DNA of 64,000 bases from an uncultured Verrucomicrobiae bacterium (GCA_963775805.1 CAVZKG010000002.1:454693-518692); one strand, 5' to 3'. Counted from the stretch's first letter, positions 27,118-36,789 are shown. The notes: generated by a model not told the origin, from the sequence alone. Translations and numbers: made by a program.

Positions 27118-28220
27118 ATAGTCTGGGACGGAAGATTCGGGTATTGCACCTGATCGATAGCCTCGACTTGGGTGGTGCACAGACCGCCCTGTTTGCATGG
27201 CTCAACGAGCATGATCGAAGCCGGTTCGACGTGCATCTCGCTTCGATTCACGGTACGTCCGAGAGTCTTTTCTATCATCGGGCAAACGAACTCCAAATTC
27301 CGGTGCTTCCGCTTTCTCCGCGGCGTTGGTTACCGCTTTACGCTTATCGGTTGCCGATCCAGCTGATCATCAACCGCTACGATATCGTTCATTGTCATCT
27401 ATTCGCGTCGAATTGGATCGGCAAACCACTGGCTCGTCTCCTCGGAGTGCCGGTTGTCGTTTCGGAGGATCAATGTAACGACGCGTTTCGAAGTGGATCA
27501 GCGTTGGTTACCCGCATCGACCGATTCGCGAATCGTTTTTGCGATCAGGTCTTCGCGGTTTCACGAAGTATTCGGGATTACCTGGTCGAGCATGAACAAG
27601 TACCGCCCGGGAAGATTCGAGTGATTCCAAATGGATTGCCCGAAACGCCGCCGCCGCCACCGCGTCAATTCTCCAAAAAACGTATCGGAGGTGCCGGCCG
27701 GCTCGTTTCTCAAAAAAACTTTGAGCGATTTCTTCGGATTGCCCGCCATCTCCAAGGTCTTGATCAAACGTACGAATTCAAGATCGCCGGGTATGGTCCG
27801 ATGGAGGAGACGTTACGGAGTTTAGCAAAGCAATTGGGAGTGAAAATGGAATGGCTCGGAGCGCAGCCGGCTCTTGATCGCTTTTTCCAGGAAATCGATC
27901 TCTTTTTGCTGACATCCGATTTTGAGGGGTTGCCAATGACTGTACTCGAAGCATTGCAAGCTGGAGTCCCGGTCGCGGCGATGGCGGTTGATGGTATCAA
28001 AGAGGAGTTTGTCGACGAAGTAGCGTTGCTGACCCCGTCATCAGGCGATTTCGAGATCGCCCAGCGCATCGACGCTTTGATGGCGGACCCGGAGGCGCTT
28101 CACTCTCAAACCCAACGAGGGTTCGCACTTGTCTCGAGCCGGTTTTCGGCCAGAAACCAGATCCGTGAGATCGAAAGTGTGTACATTGATTTGCTGACGA
28201 GGAAGAGGAGGCTTGAGTAG
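27114..28220 (+). CDS. glycosyltransferase family 4 (GT-B, group 1)
   Basis: The GTG at 27114 overlaps the GT2 stop (GTGA). The sequence reads RVLHLIDSLDLGGAQT...FLLTSDFEGLPMTVLEALQAGVPV (E-x7-E region). Confidence 0.85.
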   Translation: MNSLGRKIRVLHLIDSLDLGGAQTALFAWLNEHDRSRFDVHLASIHGTSESLFYHRANELQIPVLPLSPRRWLPLYAYRLPIQLIINRYDIVHCHLFASNWIGKPLARLLGVPVVVSEDQCNDAFRSGSALVTRIDRFANRFCDQVFAVSRSIRDYLVEHEQVPPGKIRVIPNGLPETPPPPPRQFSKKRIGGAGRLVSQKNFERFLRIARHLQGLDQTYEFKIAGYGPMEETLRSLAKQLGVKMEWLGAQPALDRFFQEIDLFLLTSDFEGLPMTVLEALQAGVPVAAMAVDGIKEEFVDEVALLTPSSGDFEIAQRIDALMADPEALHSQTQRGFALVSSRFSARNQIREIESVYIDLLTRKRRLE

Positions 28221-28308
28221 CGGCGTGGGATATGGCGGAAGGCTGTGCATTCCGGGGAGGAGTTCACCACGGAGGCACAGCGCGGCGAAGCCGCAAGCAA
28301 ATGAATGC

Positions 28309-28370
28309 GGTGTCGGCGTGTGGGGGTATCGGCGTGTCGGCGAATAACTAGTGGAATTGGCATCTCATTC
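28309..28370 (+). repeat. dispersed repeat, second copy of the 849-910 unit
   Basis: ggtgtcggcgtgtgggggtatcggcgtgtcggcgaataactagtggaattggcatctcattc is about 80 percent identical by eye to ggtgtcggcgtatgggcgtatgggcgtgtcggcgacacttggctagaattggtatcgtcttc. Confidence 0.65.
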
Positions 28371-28562
28371 TGCTCTGCTTTGGAAGATTCCCGAAGAGTC
28401 CCGGACAAGATGATAATAGCCAGGCACGAAAGGGCCCGGAATTGTGAGAAAAACAGCGCCGTCCCATCGGGAGGGTCGAACGGATCCGAGCCACAGCTTC
28501 CATCGCCAAAGCTATCCCATGTATAGAGGCTGGACCTTTGGCCTGGACAGGCGATGCCTGTC

Positions 28563-29879
28563 CTACGTTTTTTCGGCGCGGTAGGACATTGCTAAGAGGG
28601 TGACTGGATGAAACACGTTCAGTTTCTGCCCATTGGTTTTCGCGCCGTTCTCAATTTGCAGATGGCAGCCTGGGTTTGCCGTGGCAACGACGTTCGCACC
28701 GGTTTTTGCGATGTTATTTAGTTTTCTGCCAAGGAGATTACTGGACATTTCGGGCTGGATCAGATTGTAGATACCGGCACTTCCGCAACACCATGTCGAT
28801 TCGGCCAATTCAGCGATTTTCATCCCGGGAATCGATCGCAGGATCTTTCTCGGTTGCGCGGTGATTTTCTGGCCGTGGCACAAATGACATGCTTCGTGGT
28901 AAGTCAGTCGGTCGATCGCGACTCCGGCTGGTCCGGCAGTTGGTGCGCGGAATCCGATCTCCACAAGAAATTCGCTGATGTCTTTGCATTTCCGCGACCA
29001 GAGTGCGGCGCGTTCGGCATAGCGTTTGTCTTCTGCGAGGAGTCGATTGTAGGTTTTCAGGTGCGACCCGCACCCGGCTGCGTTGGTGATGATTGCATCC
29101 AGGCCTTCCAAGTCGAATGTGTCCAGGTTCCGCCTCGCGAGTTCGCGAGCTGTCTCGGCTTCTCCGTTGTGTCCGTGAAGCGATCCGCAGCAGAACTGTT
29201 CCGGCGGCGTGTGCACCTCGCAACCATTGGCCAGAAGGACATCTGCCGTATCGCGGTTAATATTGGAGAAGACCAGGTCCTGGACGCAACCGGTGAGCAA
29301 TCCAACCCGATAGCGTGTTTTCCCGCTCGCCGGTTTTTCGACTTCGGCGATAATTTGATTCGAAAATTTTGCCTGAACAGTCGGAGTCTGCGGCTCAAGC
29401 TTCTGAAGGCGCTCTGGGAGGAGTTTCGTCAACTCAAGCCGCCTGAACAAACTCTGCAATCCGGAAGATTGATAAAAGTAGAGAAGCCGTCCGACGAACC
29501 GGAGCAGGCCTGGTCGCGTAAACAAGCCTTTCAACAGCACGGTTCTGGTCCAATCACGCCGCGGATTCGACAAGACGGATGATTGCTCAATCGTGGCGCG
29601 CGCAGTCTCGAAGAGTTGCGAATATTCCACGCCGGCTGGACAAGCGGTCATGCATGCGAGGCAACCGAGGCAAAAGTACATTTCATCGCCGAATAATCTT
29701 GTCACTTCCATCCGGCCGTCGGCGATTGCGCGCATGAGCGCGATTCGGCCGCGCGGACTGTTTCGTTCGAGCCGGGTTGCGTCGTAGGTTGGACAGGTGG
29801 GAAGACAGAAGCCGCAATGCATGCATTGCTGGATAACCGAATAATCCAGCGTTTTAAGCGAGTCATGCGAGGCACTCAT
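28563..29879 (-). CDS. glcF: (Fe-S)-binding oxidase subunit, GlcF-like (2x 4Fe-4S plus CCG domains)
   Basis: It has CMHCGFCLPTCPTY and CLGCLACMTACPAGV ferredoxin motifs, and C-terminal Cys-rich CCG-type repeats (CCGSLHG, CCGSAG). Confidence 0.8.
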   Translation of the reverse strand: MSASHDSLKTLDYSVIQQCMHCGFCLPTCPTYDATRLERNSPRGRIALMRAIADGRMEVTRLFGDEMYFCLGCLACMTACPAGVEYSQLFETARATIEQSSVLSNPRRDWTRTVLLKGLFTRPGLLRFVGRLLYFYQSSGLQSLFRRLELTKLLPERLQKLEPQTPTVQAKFSNQIIAEVEKPASGKTRYRVGLLTGCVQDLVFSNINRDTADVLLANGCEVHTPPEQFCCGSLHGHNGEAETARELARRNLDTFDLEGLDAIITNAAGCGSHLKTYNRLLAEDKRYAERAALWSRKCKDISEFLVEIGFRAPTAGPAGVAIDRLTYHEACHLCHGQKITAQPRKILRSIPGMKIAELAESTWCCGSAGIYNLIQPEMSSNLLGRKLNNIAKTGANVVATANPGCHLQIENGAKTNGQKLNVFHPVTLLAMSYRAEKT

Positions 29880-29934
29880 AGAACGAGAACGGAAAGATCA
29901 GGCAAGTCGCGATTGGCCCATTGGAAATGTCCAG

Positions 29935-31314
29935 TCATTTGTCGAAGATCTTTCCCGGGTTAAGGATTCCTTCCGGGTCAAATACGCGCTTGAGTTCGCG
30001 AATCACCCGCACATTGATTTCGCCGATTGCTCCCGGCAGAAAGCTCTTTTTTGTAAGGCCGATTCCGTGTTCGCCGCTAATTGTGCCGCCCAATTCAATG
30101 GCATACGCAAAGATCTCGGTGACCGCCTCGTGGACGCGATGAATCTCATCTGGGTTTCGTTCGTTGGCGAGAAAGGTCGGATGCAGGTTGCCGTCGCCAA
30201 AGTGGCCGAATGTGCCGACAGTCAGTTTGTATTTTTGGGCTGTCTTTTCCACAAACCGGACCATCTCCGGCAACCTGGAACGGGGAACAGTTGCATCTTC
30301 CAAAATGGTTGTGGGCGCCACCCTCGCCATCGCCGGAATCGCCATCCGGCGCGCGGTCATCAACCTGGTGGCTTCTTCCGCGTCTTGTGCGACGGAGACG
30401 GAGCGCGCACCATTTTCGCGAGCGATATCGGCCATGCGTTGTGCTTCTTCCTCGACTGCCGCCGGATGGCCGTCGCTTTCCATCAGCAGAATCGCTTCAC
30501 AATCCAGGGGTAGTCCGACTTTGCTGTAGTTTTCGATGCAGCGAATCGTCGTCCGGTCGAGGAACTCCATCGTGCAAGGAATGATCTTGGCTGCAATGAT
30601 TGCCGAGACAGTGGCAGCCGCTTCATCCATGCGCTCGTATATAGCCAATAATGTTTTGCGCGCAGCGGGCTTTGGAATCAGCTTCAAGAGGATTTTCGTG
30701 ACGACCCCGAGTGTTCCTTCCGAGCCGATAAAGAGATCCTTCAACGAATATCCAGCGACGTCCTTAACACATTTGTTGCCCGTAAAGAAGATCTCGCCGG
30801 TTGCCAGCACGATTTCGAGTCCCATGATGTAATCACGCGTCACGCCGTACTTCAGTCCCCGCAGGCCGCCCGAATTCTCGCTGACATTTCCGCCAATGGT
30901 CGAAACCTTCATCGAACCTGGATCGGGCGGATAGAACAGCCCGACTGAGTCCGCTTTCATTGCCACTTCGTTGTTAATGACGCCGGGCTCGACAAGCATC
31001 GTCAGGTTGGCAGTGTCGAGTTCGAGGATTTGGTTCATTCGAGCCGTGCAAAGCACCATACAACCCTCAACTGGAACGCTGCCGCCACTTAATCCTGTGC
31101 CCGAGCCTCGTGTCACAACGGGTGTTCGATGCTTGGTTGCAAGCCGAAGTACCGTTGCGATTTCATCCCGCGTTTTTACCAGAATGACGGCTCTTGGGAG
31201 CTGTTGCAGGATCGGAGTTCCGTCGTACGAATAGGCCAGGAGATCCTCAGGCTGAGTGATCAGTGCTTCAGGCGGAAAAAAGGCGGAGAGTTCTGAGACT
31301 ATGTCGGTGTTCAT
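29935..31314 (-). CDS. glcD: FAD-linked oxidase, GlcD-like (glycolate / D-2-hydroxyacid oxidase family)
   Basis: It has an FAD-binding PCMH domain (VVTRGSGTGLSGGSVP) and a C-terminal GTISGEHGIGLTK motif. Confidence 0.85.
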   Translation of the reverse strand: MNTDIVSELSAFFPPEALITQPEDLLAYSYDGTPILQQLPRAVILVKTRDEIATVLRLATKHRTPVVTRGSGTGLSGGSVPVEGCMVLCTARMNQILELDTANLTMLVEPGVINNEVAMKADSVGLFYPPDPGSMKVSTIGGNVSENSGGLRGLKYGVTRDYIMGLEIVLATGEIFFTGNKCVKDVAGYSLKDLFIGSEGTLGVVTKILLKLIPKPAARKTLLAIYERMDEAAATVSAIIAAKIIPCTMEFLDRTTIRCIENYSKVGLPLDCEAILLMESDGHPAAVEEEAQRMADIARENGARSVSVAQDAEEATRLMTARRMAIPAMARVAPTTILEDATVPRSRLPEMVRFVEKTAQKYKLTVGTFGHFGDGNLHPTFLANERNPDEIHRVHEAVTEIFAYAIELGGTISGEHGIGLTKKSFLPGAIGEINVRVIRELKRVFDPEGILNPGKIFDK

Positions 31315-31605
31315 CGCATCAGCGAAGACAGATTTATTGTCCGAGAGCCGATCGAGCGTTTCGCTTCAAACCGGCAATGGGTTTCGGTCGGTAGACCAAG
31401 GTAGTGTCCTGTACCCGAAATAGCATGTACTTTGTTGGGATCAAAATGGGCTTCGCGCGGCGTGTGAGGGGAATAGCCCTTTTAGTTTATGTTGTTTTGG
31501 AGAGAGCACATTTGCTCGAAAATCGCGCTAGCTAAAGCGCTTGCGCGATCTTGGAGCTGAAGGTTTTTTCGTGCGAGCCTTCCTGAACGACGTTACTAAG
31601 GTGCT

Positions 31606-32589
31606 GTGGCGCTGTTTCGAATCTTGTCGTTCGATGGTGGCGGGATCAGAGGCTTGCTATCGACAGTGCTCATCGAGCGACTGATAGAAGAGTCTTCGGA
31701 TCCCAATTTGATCTCTGGCGTCGACCTGTTTGCGGGCTCATCGACCGGGGCGTTGATTGCTCTGGGATTGGCAGCCGAGATTCCTCTCGATGCAATCAAG
31801 GAGCTCTATGTCCAGGCCGGTCCGAAGATATTTTCGGAGAATCTCTTCGATCAAATCCGCGATATCGGCAATCTATTTGCTTCGCAGTACTCGAACAAAG
31901 AGCTGGGTCGCTGGCTGTACGAAATCTTCGCAAACAAAACTCTAGGCGACCTAAAACATAGAGTGATCGTCCCGGCATTCGAACTTGATAACGTGCGGGA
32001 TCTTCAACCGGGCGAGCCGCGCCGATGGAAGGCAAAGATTTTTCATAATTTGCCAAACCGTGAAGCCGATAACAGTCGCCTGGTACGCGACGTTGCGCTC
32101 TACACCTGTTCTGCGCCGACGTTGTTTCCGGTTGCGGACGGATTTATCGATGGGGCTGTTGTTGCGAACAATCCAAGTCTTTGTGCGCTCGCTCAAGCCC
32201 TTGATCGGCGATGGTGGAGTCACCCGCGTCTTTCCGATGTTCGATTGCTTTCTATCGGTTCAGGCCAGCGAATCACCTATTTGGAAGGGGCTCACCAAAA
32301 TTGGGGAGTGGTGCAGTGGGGGGCTAAGATTATTCCCATCCTGATGGAGAGTTCCCAGGAAATTACTGACTTTCAATGTGCACAGCTGTTGGGCAGCTCA
32401 CAGTATTGCAGGGTCCAACCGATCATTGACGCGCATTTCAAGATCGATTCGGTTAACCGGATCCCCGACATGCTGGAGTTTGCGCGGAACCGGGTCGACC
32501 TGACCCCACCGATCGTCTGGATTAGAGAGAATTGGCAATCGGGCGTTTGGACGCGGCTGGTGAATCGTGCGCGGAGGTTCGAAAAATAG
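31606..32589 (+). CDS. patatin-like phospholipase
   Basis: The GTG at 31606 is the first possible start after an in-frame stop. It has the oxyanion motif SFDGGGIRG, the nucleophile GSSTG and the catalytic Asp in FIDGAVVANNP. Confidence 0.85.
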   Translation: MALFRILSFDGGGIRGLLSTVLIERLIEESSDPNLISGVDLFAGSSTGALIALGLAAEIPLDAIKELYVQAGPKIFSENLFDQIRDIGNLFASQYSNKELGRWLYEIFANKTLGDLKHRVIVPAFELDNVRDLQPGEPRRWKAKIFHNLPNREADNSRLVRDVALYTCSAPTLFPVADGFIDGAVVANNPSLCALAQALDRRWWSHPRLSDVRLLSIGSGQRITYLEGAHQNWGVVQWGAKIIPILMESSQEITDFQCAQLLGSSQYCRVQPIIDAHFKIDSVNRIPDMLEFARNRVDLTPPIVWIRENWQSGVWTRLVNRARRFEK

Positions 32590-32692
32590 CGGCATCGAAT
32601 CTTTCCGGCACTCTCTGTCGCACGGGCGCTGAAGATAAATCTGTGTTCAGACAAAGTATCTCACCAAACCGATTTGACATTGCGGGTCTAAG

Positions 32693-33163
32693 ATGGTGAG
32701 ATTGAGAGGTTCGGAGAGTTTCGCCAGTATGTCTTCAGCAGACATTAACAACGAAGACTACTTCAAGGATCATCCAAAGCGGTTACCCTCTTTTGATGAC
32801 CTTTTTCGAGGTCAACCCCAGCTCACTCCTGAGCGATTCTTTCGTAGCCTGGAGCAACAGTCCGGTGGGGAAGGCCATTGCAGTCAGGAGGATTTTCAGC
32901 GTGCCGCGTTTCTCTTCCAGCGGCTTCAGTCCTCGCGCCGGTTGATTTCGCGGGTGATTATCTTCCTAGTCGCCGTTTCCATCATCCCGTTTGCGTGTTT
33001 GGCGCTTCCTGAAGATTGGAGATTGGCTGTATTTTCCGGCGGGATCTTCTGCGAATTTGTTGCGGGCGGAATTCTCTTTTTTGCCCATGCCCGGTGGCAG
33101 GCTCGTCGCAAAGATTATTGCCAATGGCTCCGCCTGGTGCAACGTCGCGCGAACGAGCTTTAG
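32693..33163 (+). CDS. hypothetical membrane protein
   Basis: It is a 156-aa ORF with a soluble N-terminal half and two TM helices (VIIFLVAVSIIPFACLAL, FSGGIFCEFVAGGILFFA). No family was recognised. Confidence 0.45.
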   Translation: MVRLRGSESFASMSSADINNEDYFKDHPKRLPSFDDLFRGQPQLTPERFFRSLEQQSGGEGHCSQEDFQRAAFLFQRLQSSRRLISRVIIFLVAVSIIPFACLALPEDWRLAVFSGGIFCEFVAGGILFFAHARWQARRKDYCQWLRLVQRRANEL

Positions 33164-33203
33164 AGTCTGCATCCGGATCTGAGATTTTTCGACTGGTTTG
33201 AAT

Positions 33204-33737
33204 TTAACCTTTTCGCAGCCGGCGGTCCCAGTCGAACGCGCGATCTGTTACGATCGTTTCCATCTTTTGGATACGTTGATCCAGTTGAATCAAACGTTGC
33301 TCCAGGTCGGCGAGAGAGGCTCCAAGCGGTTGTTCCGCACCCGCAGCGGGTGTCGAAGAACCTGGCCCGCTATCGGTTGCGGACGCAGTCTCGCCGCCTG
33401 CCTGAGATTGTGACGCTCTGGAAACACCGTTGACGTTCGTGGGCGCCGGATACCGGGCGTCTACCCGGGTTCTCCATCCCCTGGTCGATGTTCCGTCGGG
33501 GCGGCGCCAGACGCGGTCACGTCTGCGAAGAAAAATCGTCAAAGCGATATATCCGAGAATACTGAACAGCCACGCGACACGATAGGAGGCTCCGAATAAG
33601 TATGGGCCGGCCCATAGGATCAGGAACCCGACAATTCTGGCGGCCGCCCGATCGACACCGAGTTCCCCGGCAAATCGCCCTAAAGTGCCTGCAACGAGCG
33701 GTCGTTCGGACCGCACCAGATCAAGTAGTTTTTTCAT
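33204..33737 (-). CDS. pspC: envelope stress response membrane protein PspC
   Basis: It has a PspC domain (LVRSERPLVAGTLGRFAGELGVDRAAARIVGFLILW) and a C-terminal amphipathic/leucine-zipper-like segment LADLEQRLIQLDQRIQKMETIVTDRAFDW. Confidence 0.8.
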   Translation of the reverse strand: MKKLLDLVRSERPLVAGTLGRFAGELGVDRAAARIVGFLILWAGPYLFGASYRVAWLFSILGYIALTIFLRRRDRVWRRPDGTSTRGWRTRVDARYPAPTNVNGVSRASQSQAGGETASATDSGPGSSTPAAGAEQPLGASLADLEQRLIQLDQRIQKMETIVTDRAFDWDRRLRKG

Positions 33738-33978
33738 GGGTCACGACCTTGTTTGCTTGTTCATCTTTCAGCAGGGTCTCAAGAGCAGTCACCCTATTTT
33801 GTATCTTGTCGATCATCTCCGTGATCCGGATGATTCTCGCCCGGTCCTCCGCATTCATATCCTGCTGAGCAGGCGGACGGCAGAGGATGATTTTAAGCGC
33901 TTTGCATCCAAAAACGCAGAAAAGCGCAAAGATCGGAATCAACAACCCAAAACTGTGTTCAATTGCGATTGAAAGCAT
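33721..33978 (-). CDS. pspB: envelope stress response membrane protein PspB
   Basis: It is 85 aa with a single N-terminal TM helix followed by MNAEDRARIIRITEMIDKIQNRVTALETLL, resembling the E. coli PspB ...RMRERIQALESIL region. It overlaps the pspC start by 17 nt. Confidence 0.7.
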   Translation of the reverse strand: MLSIAIEHSFGLLIPIFALFCVFGCKALKIILCRPPAQQDMNAEDRARIIRITEMIDKIQNRVTALETLLKDEQANKVVTHEKTT

Positions 33979-34029
33979 AGGATGAATGAAAACTGCCGGT
34001 TAATGGTTCACAGTTCTTCATCTGCCGGA

Positions 34030-34716
34030 CTATGAAGCTTGACCAATCGGTGTCGTCTCCTTTTGCACCGATTTCTTGAGATCGTTCAACTCGGCTTCAA
34101 TCTGTTCTGATCTCTCAAGATCCTGAAACTGTTTCTCGAGGCTTACGCCCTTTCCATAGTTCACCAGATCCGCCTGCGCTTCCATCCGTTCGATTTGCTG
34201 CTCAAAATGTTCAAGGCGAGCGGTAGCAAGGTGCGAATCGGCTTTGCGGAGTTGTTCTTGTGATCTGGTTCGTTGCCGAGCCTGGGTGTGCCTTTGTGCC
34301 AAGACGCTCTGCCTCTCCCGGGCGCCGGTGAGTTTCTCTTCCAACTGCGAGATCTCGCTCCGATATTTGTTAATGATTTCTTCCAATTCAGCAATTTCGG
34401 TTTCGGCAGCCGCGCTTCCTTCAAGAGCCTGATGTTTTTGCGCCAGAGCTTCGCGGGCCAGATCTTCGCGGCCTTTCTCCATAGCAAGCCTTGCCCTCTT
34501 CTCCCATTCTTCAGCTTGGTGGCGACGCGCCGTCAAGTTTCTGTCGGCTGTCATCCGTGCGGCCATGGTGCTCGCGCAAGAAGCTTTGATCTCGATCTCG
34601 GTCTCTTCCATCTCTTGGATGATGAGCCGGATCATTTTCTCCGGATCTTCGGCTTGGTCGAGCATGGCATTGATGTTGGAGTGAACGATATCTCTGAATC
34701 GACTAAAGATGTGCAT
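34030..34716 (-). CDS. pspA: phage shock protein A (PspA/IM30 family)
   Basis: The start is the ATG at 34716, preceded by GAGGAG. MHIFSRFRDIVHSNINAMLDQAEDPEKMIRLIIQEMEE is the canonical PspA N-terminus, followed by a long coiled coil. The track ORF (to 34896) is an upstream extension. Confidence 0.9.
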   Translation of the reverse strand: MHIFSRFRDIVHSNINAMLDQAEDPEKMIRLIIQEMEETEIEIKASCASTMAARMTADRNLTARRHQAEEWEKRARLAMEKGREDLAREALAQKHQALEGSAAAETEIAELEEIINKYRSEISQLEEKLTGARERQSVLAQRHTQARQRTRSQEQLRKADSHLATARLEHFEQQIERMEAQADLVNYGKGVSLEKQFQDLERSEQIEAELNDLKKSVQKETTPIGQAS

Positions 34717-34743
34717 TGATTGGTCTCCTCGAGGCAAACAATT

Positions 34744-34759
34744 AGCAACCCGAATGCCA
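34744..34759 (-). promoter_or_regulatory. sigma54 (-24/-12) promoter of pspA
   Basis: The minus strand reads TGGCAT-tcggg-TTGCT, matching the consensus TGGCAC-N5-TTGCW. It lies ~28 nt upstream of the pspA ATG, leaving a short leader that contains the SD. It is divergent from a bEBP gene. Confidence 0.7.
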
Positions 34760-34853
34760 TACAGGGCAAAGATACGTAATACATTGATTAAAAGGATCTT
34801 ACACCTCAGACAATCCTCGATTTCAAGCTCGCCTATTTGGTCGTATATGCCAT

Positions 34854-35894
34854 ATGATGGCGAATATGGCTGATAGTAGGATGGATTCGCCTTCACTCGC
34901 GCAACCGAGAGAGGCGGTCGGGGCGAGTGAGTTGTTTCTCCAGTTTCAGCAGCAGGTCGCGCGGGTGGCTGGTCCGATTCGACCTGTCATTCTGATTGGT
35001 GAACGAGGTACCGGCAAGGAGCTAGCCGCCGCTAGAATTCATTTCCTCTCCCCGAGATGGAGCAGGCCATTCATCAAATTGAATTGTGCGGCTCTTTCAG
35101 AATCGGTGTTGGAGTCGGAACTTTTTGGGCATGAGGCTGGAGCATTTACTGGGGCGCAACAGCGACGTGAAGGGAGGTTTGAGTCTGCCGACGGTGGAAC
35201 CCTTTTTCTGGATGAGCTCGGGTTGATGCCGTTGACCGTTCAAGAAAAACTTTTGCGAGTGGTTGAGTACGGCGTGTTCGAACGGGTGGGTTCGTCTGAT
35301 TCGATTGAGGTCAACGTGCGGCTGGTTGCGGCCACGAGTGTTGACCTTCGGTCATTGGTCGATCAAGGAAAGTTTAAAGCGGACTTGCTGGATCGTCTGG
35401 CGTTTCAAGTCATTCATCTGCCGCCTCTCCGAGCACGGGAAGGGGACGTCTTGCTGTTGGCAAATCATTTTGCCAGACGATTCGCAGTCGAACTCGGCTT
35501 GGGCTGGACACCGATATTTGGTCGCTTGGCGATCGCCGAGCTTGAACGCCATGATTGGCCAGGGAACATCCGAGAGTTGCGGAATGTCGTCGAACGAGCC
35601 GTCTATCTTTCGGATCAGGCTGAAATTACGACTATCGTTATCGATCCATGGATAGCGCCGTTTGATTTTCGGCGACCTGCCGAAACAAATACAGGTTCGA
35701 AGCCGCAAATGTCGCCGGAATATTCACCGATCGATTTCGATAGCGCTGCCGCAAATCACGAAGTTCGGTTACTCCAGGAAGCGCTCAAAGCTTCGCGGTA
35801 CAATCAACGGGAAGCTGCGAGGTTGCTTGGACTGAGCTACGATCGATTTCGAGGGCTCTACCGGAAATATCAGGCGACGCTTGAGCGAGAATAG
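34854..35894 (+). CDS. pspF: sigma54-dependent transcriptional activator PspF (no N-terminal sensory domain)
   Basis: The AAA+ domain starts ~25 aa from the N-terminus ([15 protein letters not shown]). It has the GAFTGA loop ([10 protein letters not shown]), an R-finger region and a C-terminal Fis-type HTH ([23 protein letters not shown]). Confidence 0.85.
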   Translation: MMANMADSRMDSPSLAQPREAVGASELFLQFQQQVARVAGPIRPVILIGERGTGKELAAARIHFLSPRWSRPFIKLNCAALSESVLESELFGHEAGAFTGAQQRREGRFESADGGTLFLDELGLMPLTVQEKLLRVVEYGVFERVGSSDSIEVNVRLVAATSVDLRSLVDQGKFKADLLDRLAFQVIHLPPLRAREGDVLLLANHFARRFAVELGLGWTPIFGRLAIAELERHDWPGNIRELRNVVERAVYLSDQAEITTIVIDPWIAPFDFRRPAETNTGSKPQMSPEYSPIDFDSAAANHEVRLLQEALKASRYNQREAARLLGLSYDRFRGLYRKYQATLERE

Positions 35895-35908
35895 GAGGGC
35901 GCGGAGAT

Positions 35909-36014
35909 ACGGAGGAGGACACAGAGGATCGGATTAACCACAAAGGCACGGAGAGCACAGAGTTTCGGATTTTTAGTTGGGTTGCTGCCCGGACTGGGCG
36001 ATATCGCGTTGAAC
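35909..36014 (+). repeat. dispersed ~105-125-bp repeat (acggaggaggacacagagg ... ggattaaccacaa ... ttcggattttt ... ccggactg.ggcgat.tcgcgttgaac), copy 1
   Basis: It aligns by eye with 50799-50923, which carries a ~20-nt insertion. A partial match lies at 28264-28283. Confidence 0.7.
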
Positions 36015-36159
36015 TCGCCATGATGACCGGCAGGTCTTTAACGCAGGATATCAAAATCCTCAGTAAGCGATCCAGTCGACCGCATTGAACCGAACTGGGA
36101 CAACCAAGGATGGGCCCGGCCTACTAAGCCGAAGAGCTCTCGCGGATTAATGACGTATT

Positions 36160-36600
36160 ATGGATGATCAAATCACAGACAGTTTTCGAAGGCTCGCGCG
36201 CGAACGGAGCCATCAGGAATCGAGGCAAAGTTCCGACACCAACCGGATGCTGATTCAAACACTTGCATTGATAAACGGTGCGGCCGCAATCTCGGTTCTG
36301 ACCTATCTAGGGCGGCACGGTGCAGGGAGCGGAAAGTCAGCCGCAATTCTTACAATAATCTGTTATTGCCTAGGGGTTTTCAGCGCGACATTCGCTGGCT
36401 TATTTGTTCGACGAACCAGTCAGGAGTGGGCCAGTTATTGGGAAATCCAGGCGAATCCAGAAGGATCACCACAAAGCCGGGCGATAGATCATCATCGGCA
36501 TTTAGCAATGAAGAGTAAGCGATGGTCGACGGGATTGGTGTTGTCCAGTGAAGCATTCTTTCTGGTCGCCAGCTTGACGCTGGCACTTTCTTTAAGCTGA
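36160..36600 (+). CDS. hypothetical membrane protein
   Basis: It is a 146-aa ORF with three hydrophobic helices. No family was recognised. Confidence 0.45.
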   Translation: MDDQITDSFRRLARERSHQESRQSSDTNRMLIQTLALINGAAAISVLTYLGRHGAGSGKSAAILTIICYCLGVFSATFAGLFVRRTSQEWASYWEIQANPEGSPQSRAIDHHRHLAMKSKRWSTGLVLSSEAFFLVASLTLALSLS

Positions 36601-36789
36601 AAAGCTACGTTGTATTTAGTTTGGGATCGATTGGGACCAATGCAACTGTCTCCGCGGTTGGATTATAAAACGGTGCACCAGCGATGGGCGGAATTCTGAC
36701 GTTCCGTTCAGGAGTTTGCGCGATTCAACTAAATTAAAACCTTCTTAGGAGCTGCTTTCTAAACGGTTCTCGTTCATCCTTTGCGCTTC

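Noticed and set aside
26488-27296. Long minus-strand ORFs (236, 135 and 114 aa) across the glycosyltransferase genes
   Set aside because: They are antisense to two well-supported GT genes and have low-complexity Arg/Pro/Ser-rich products.
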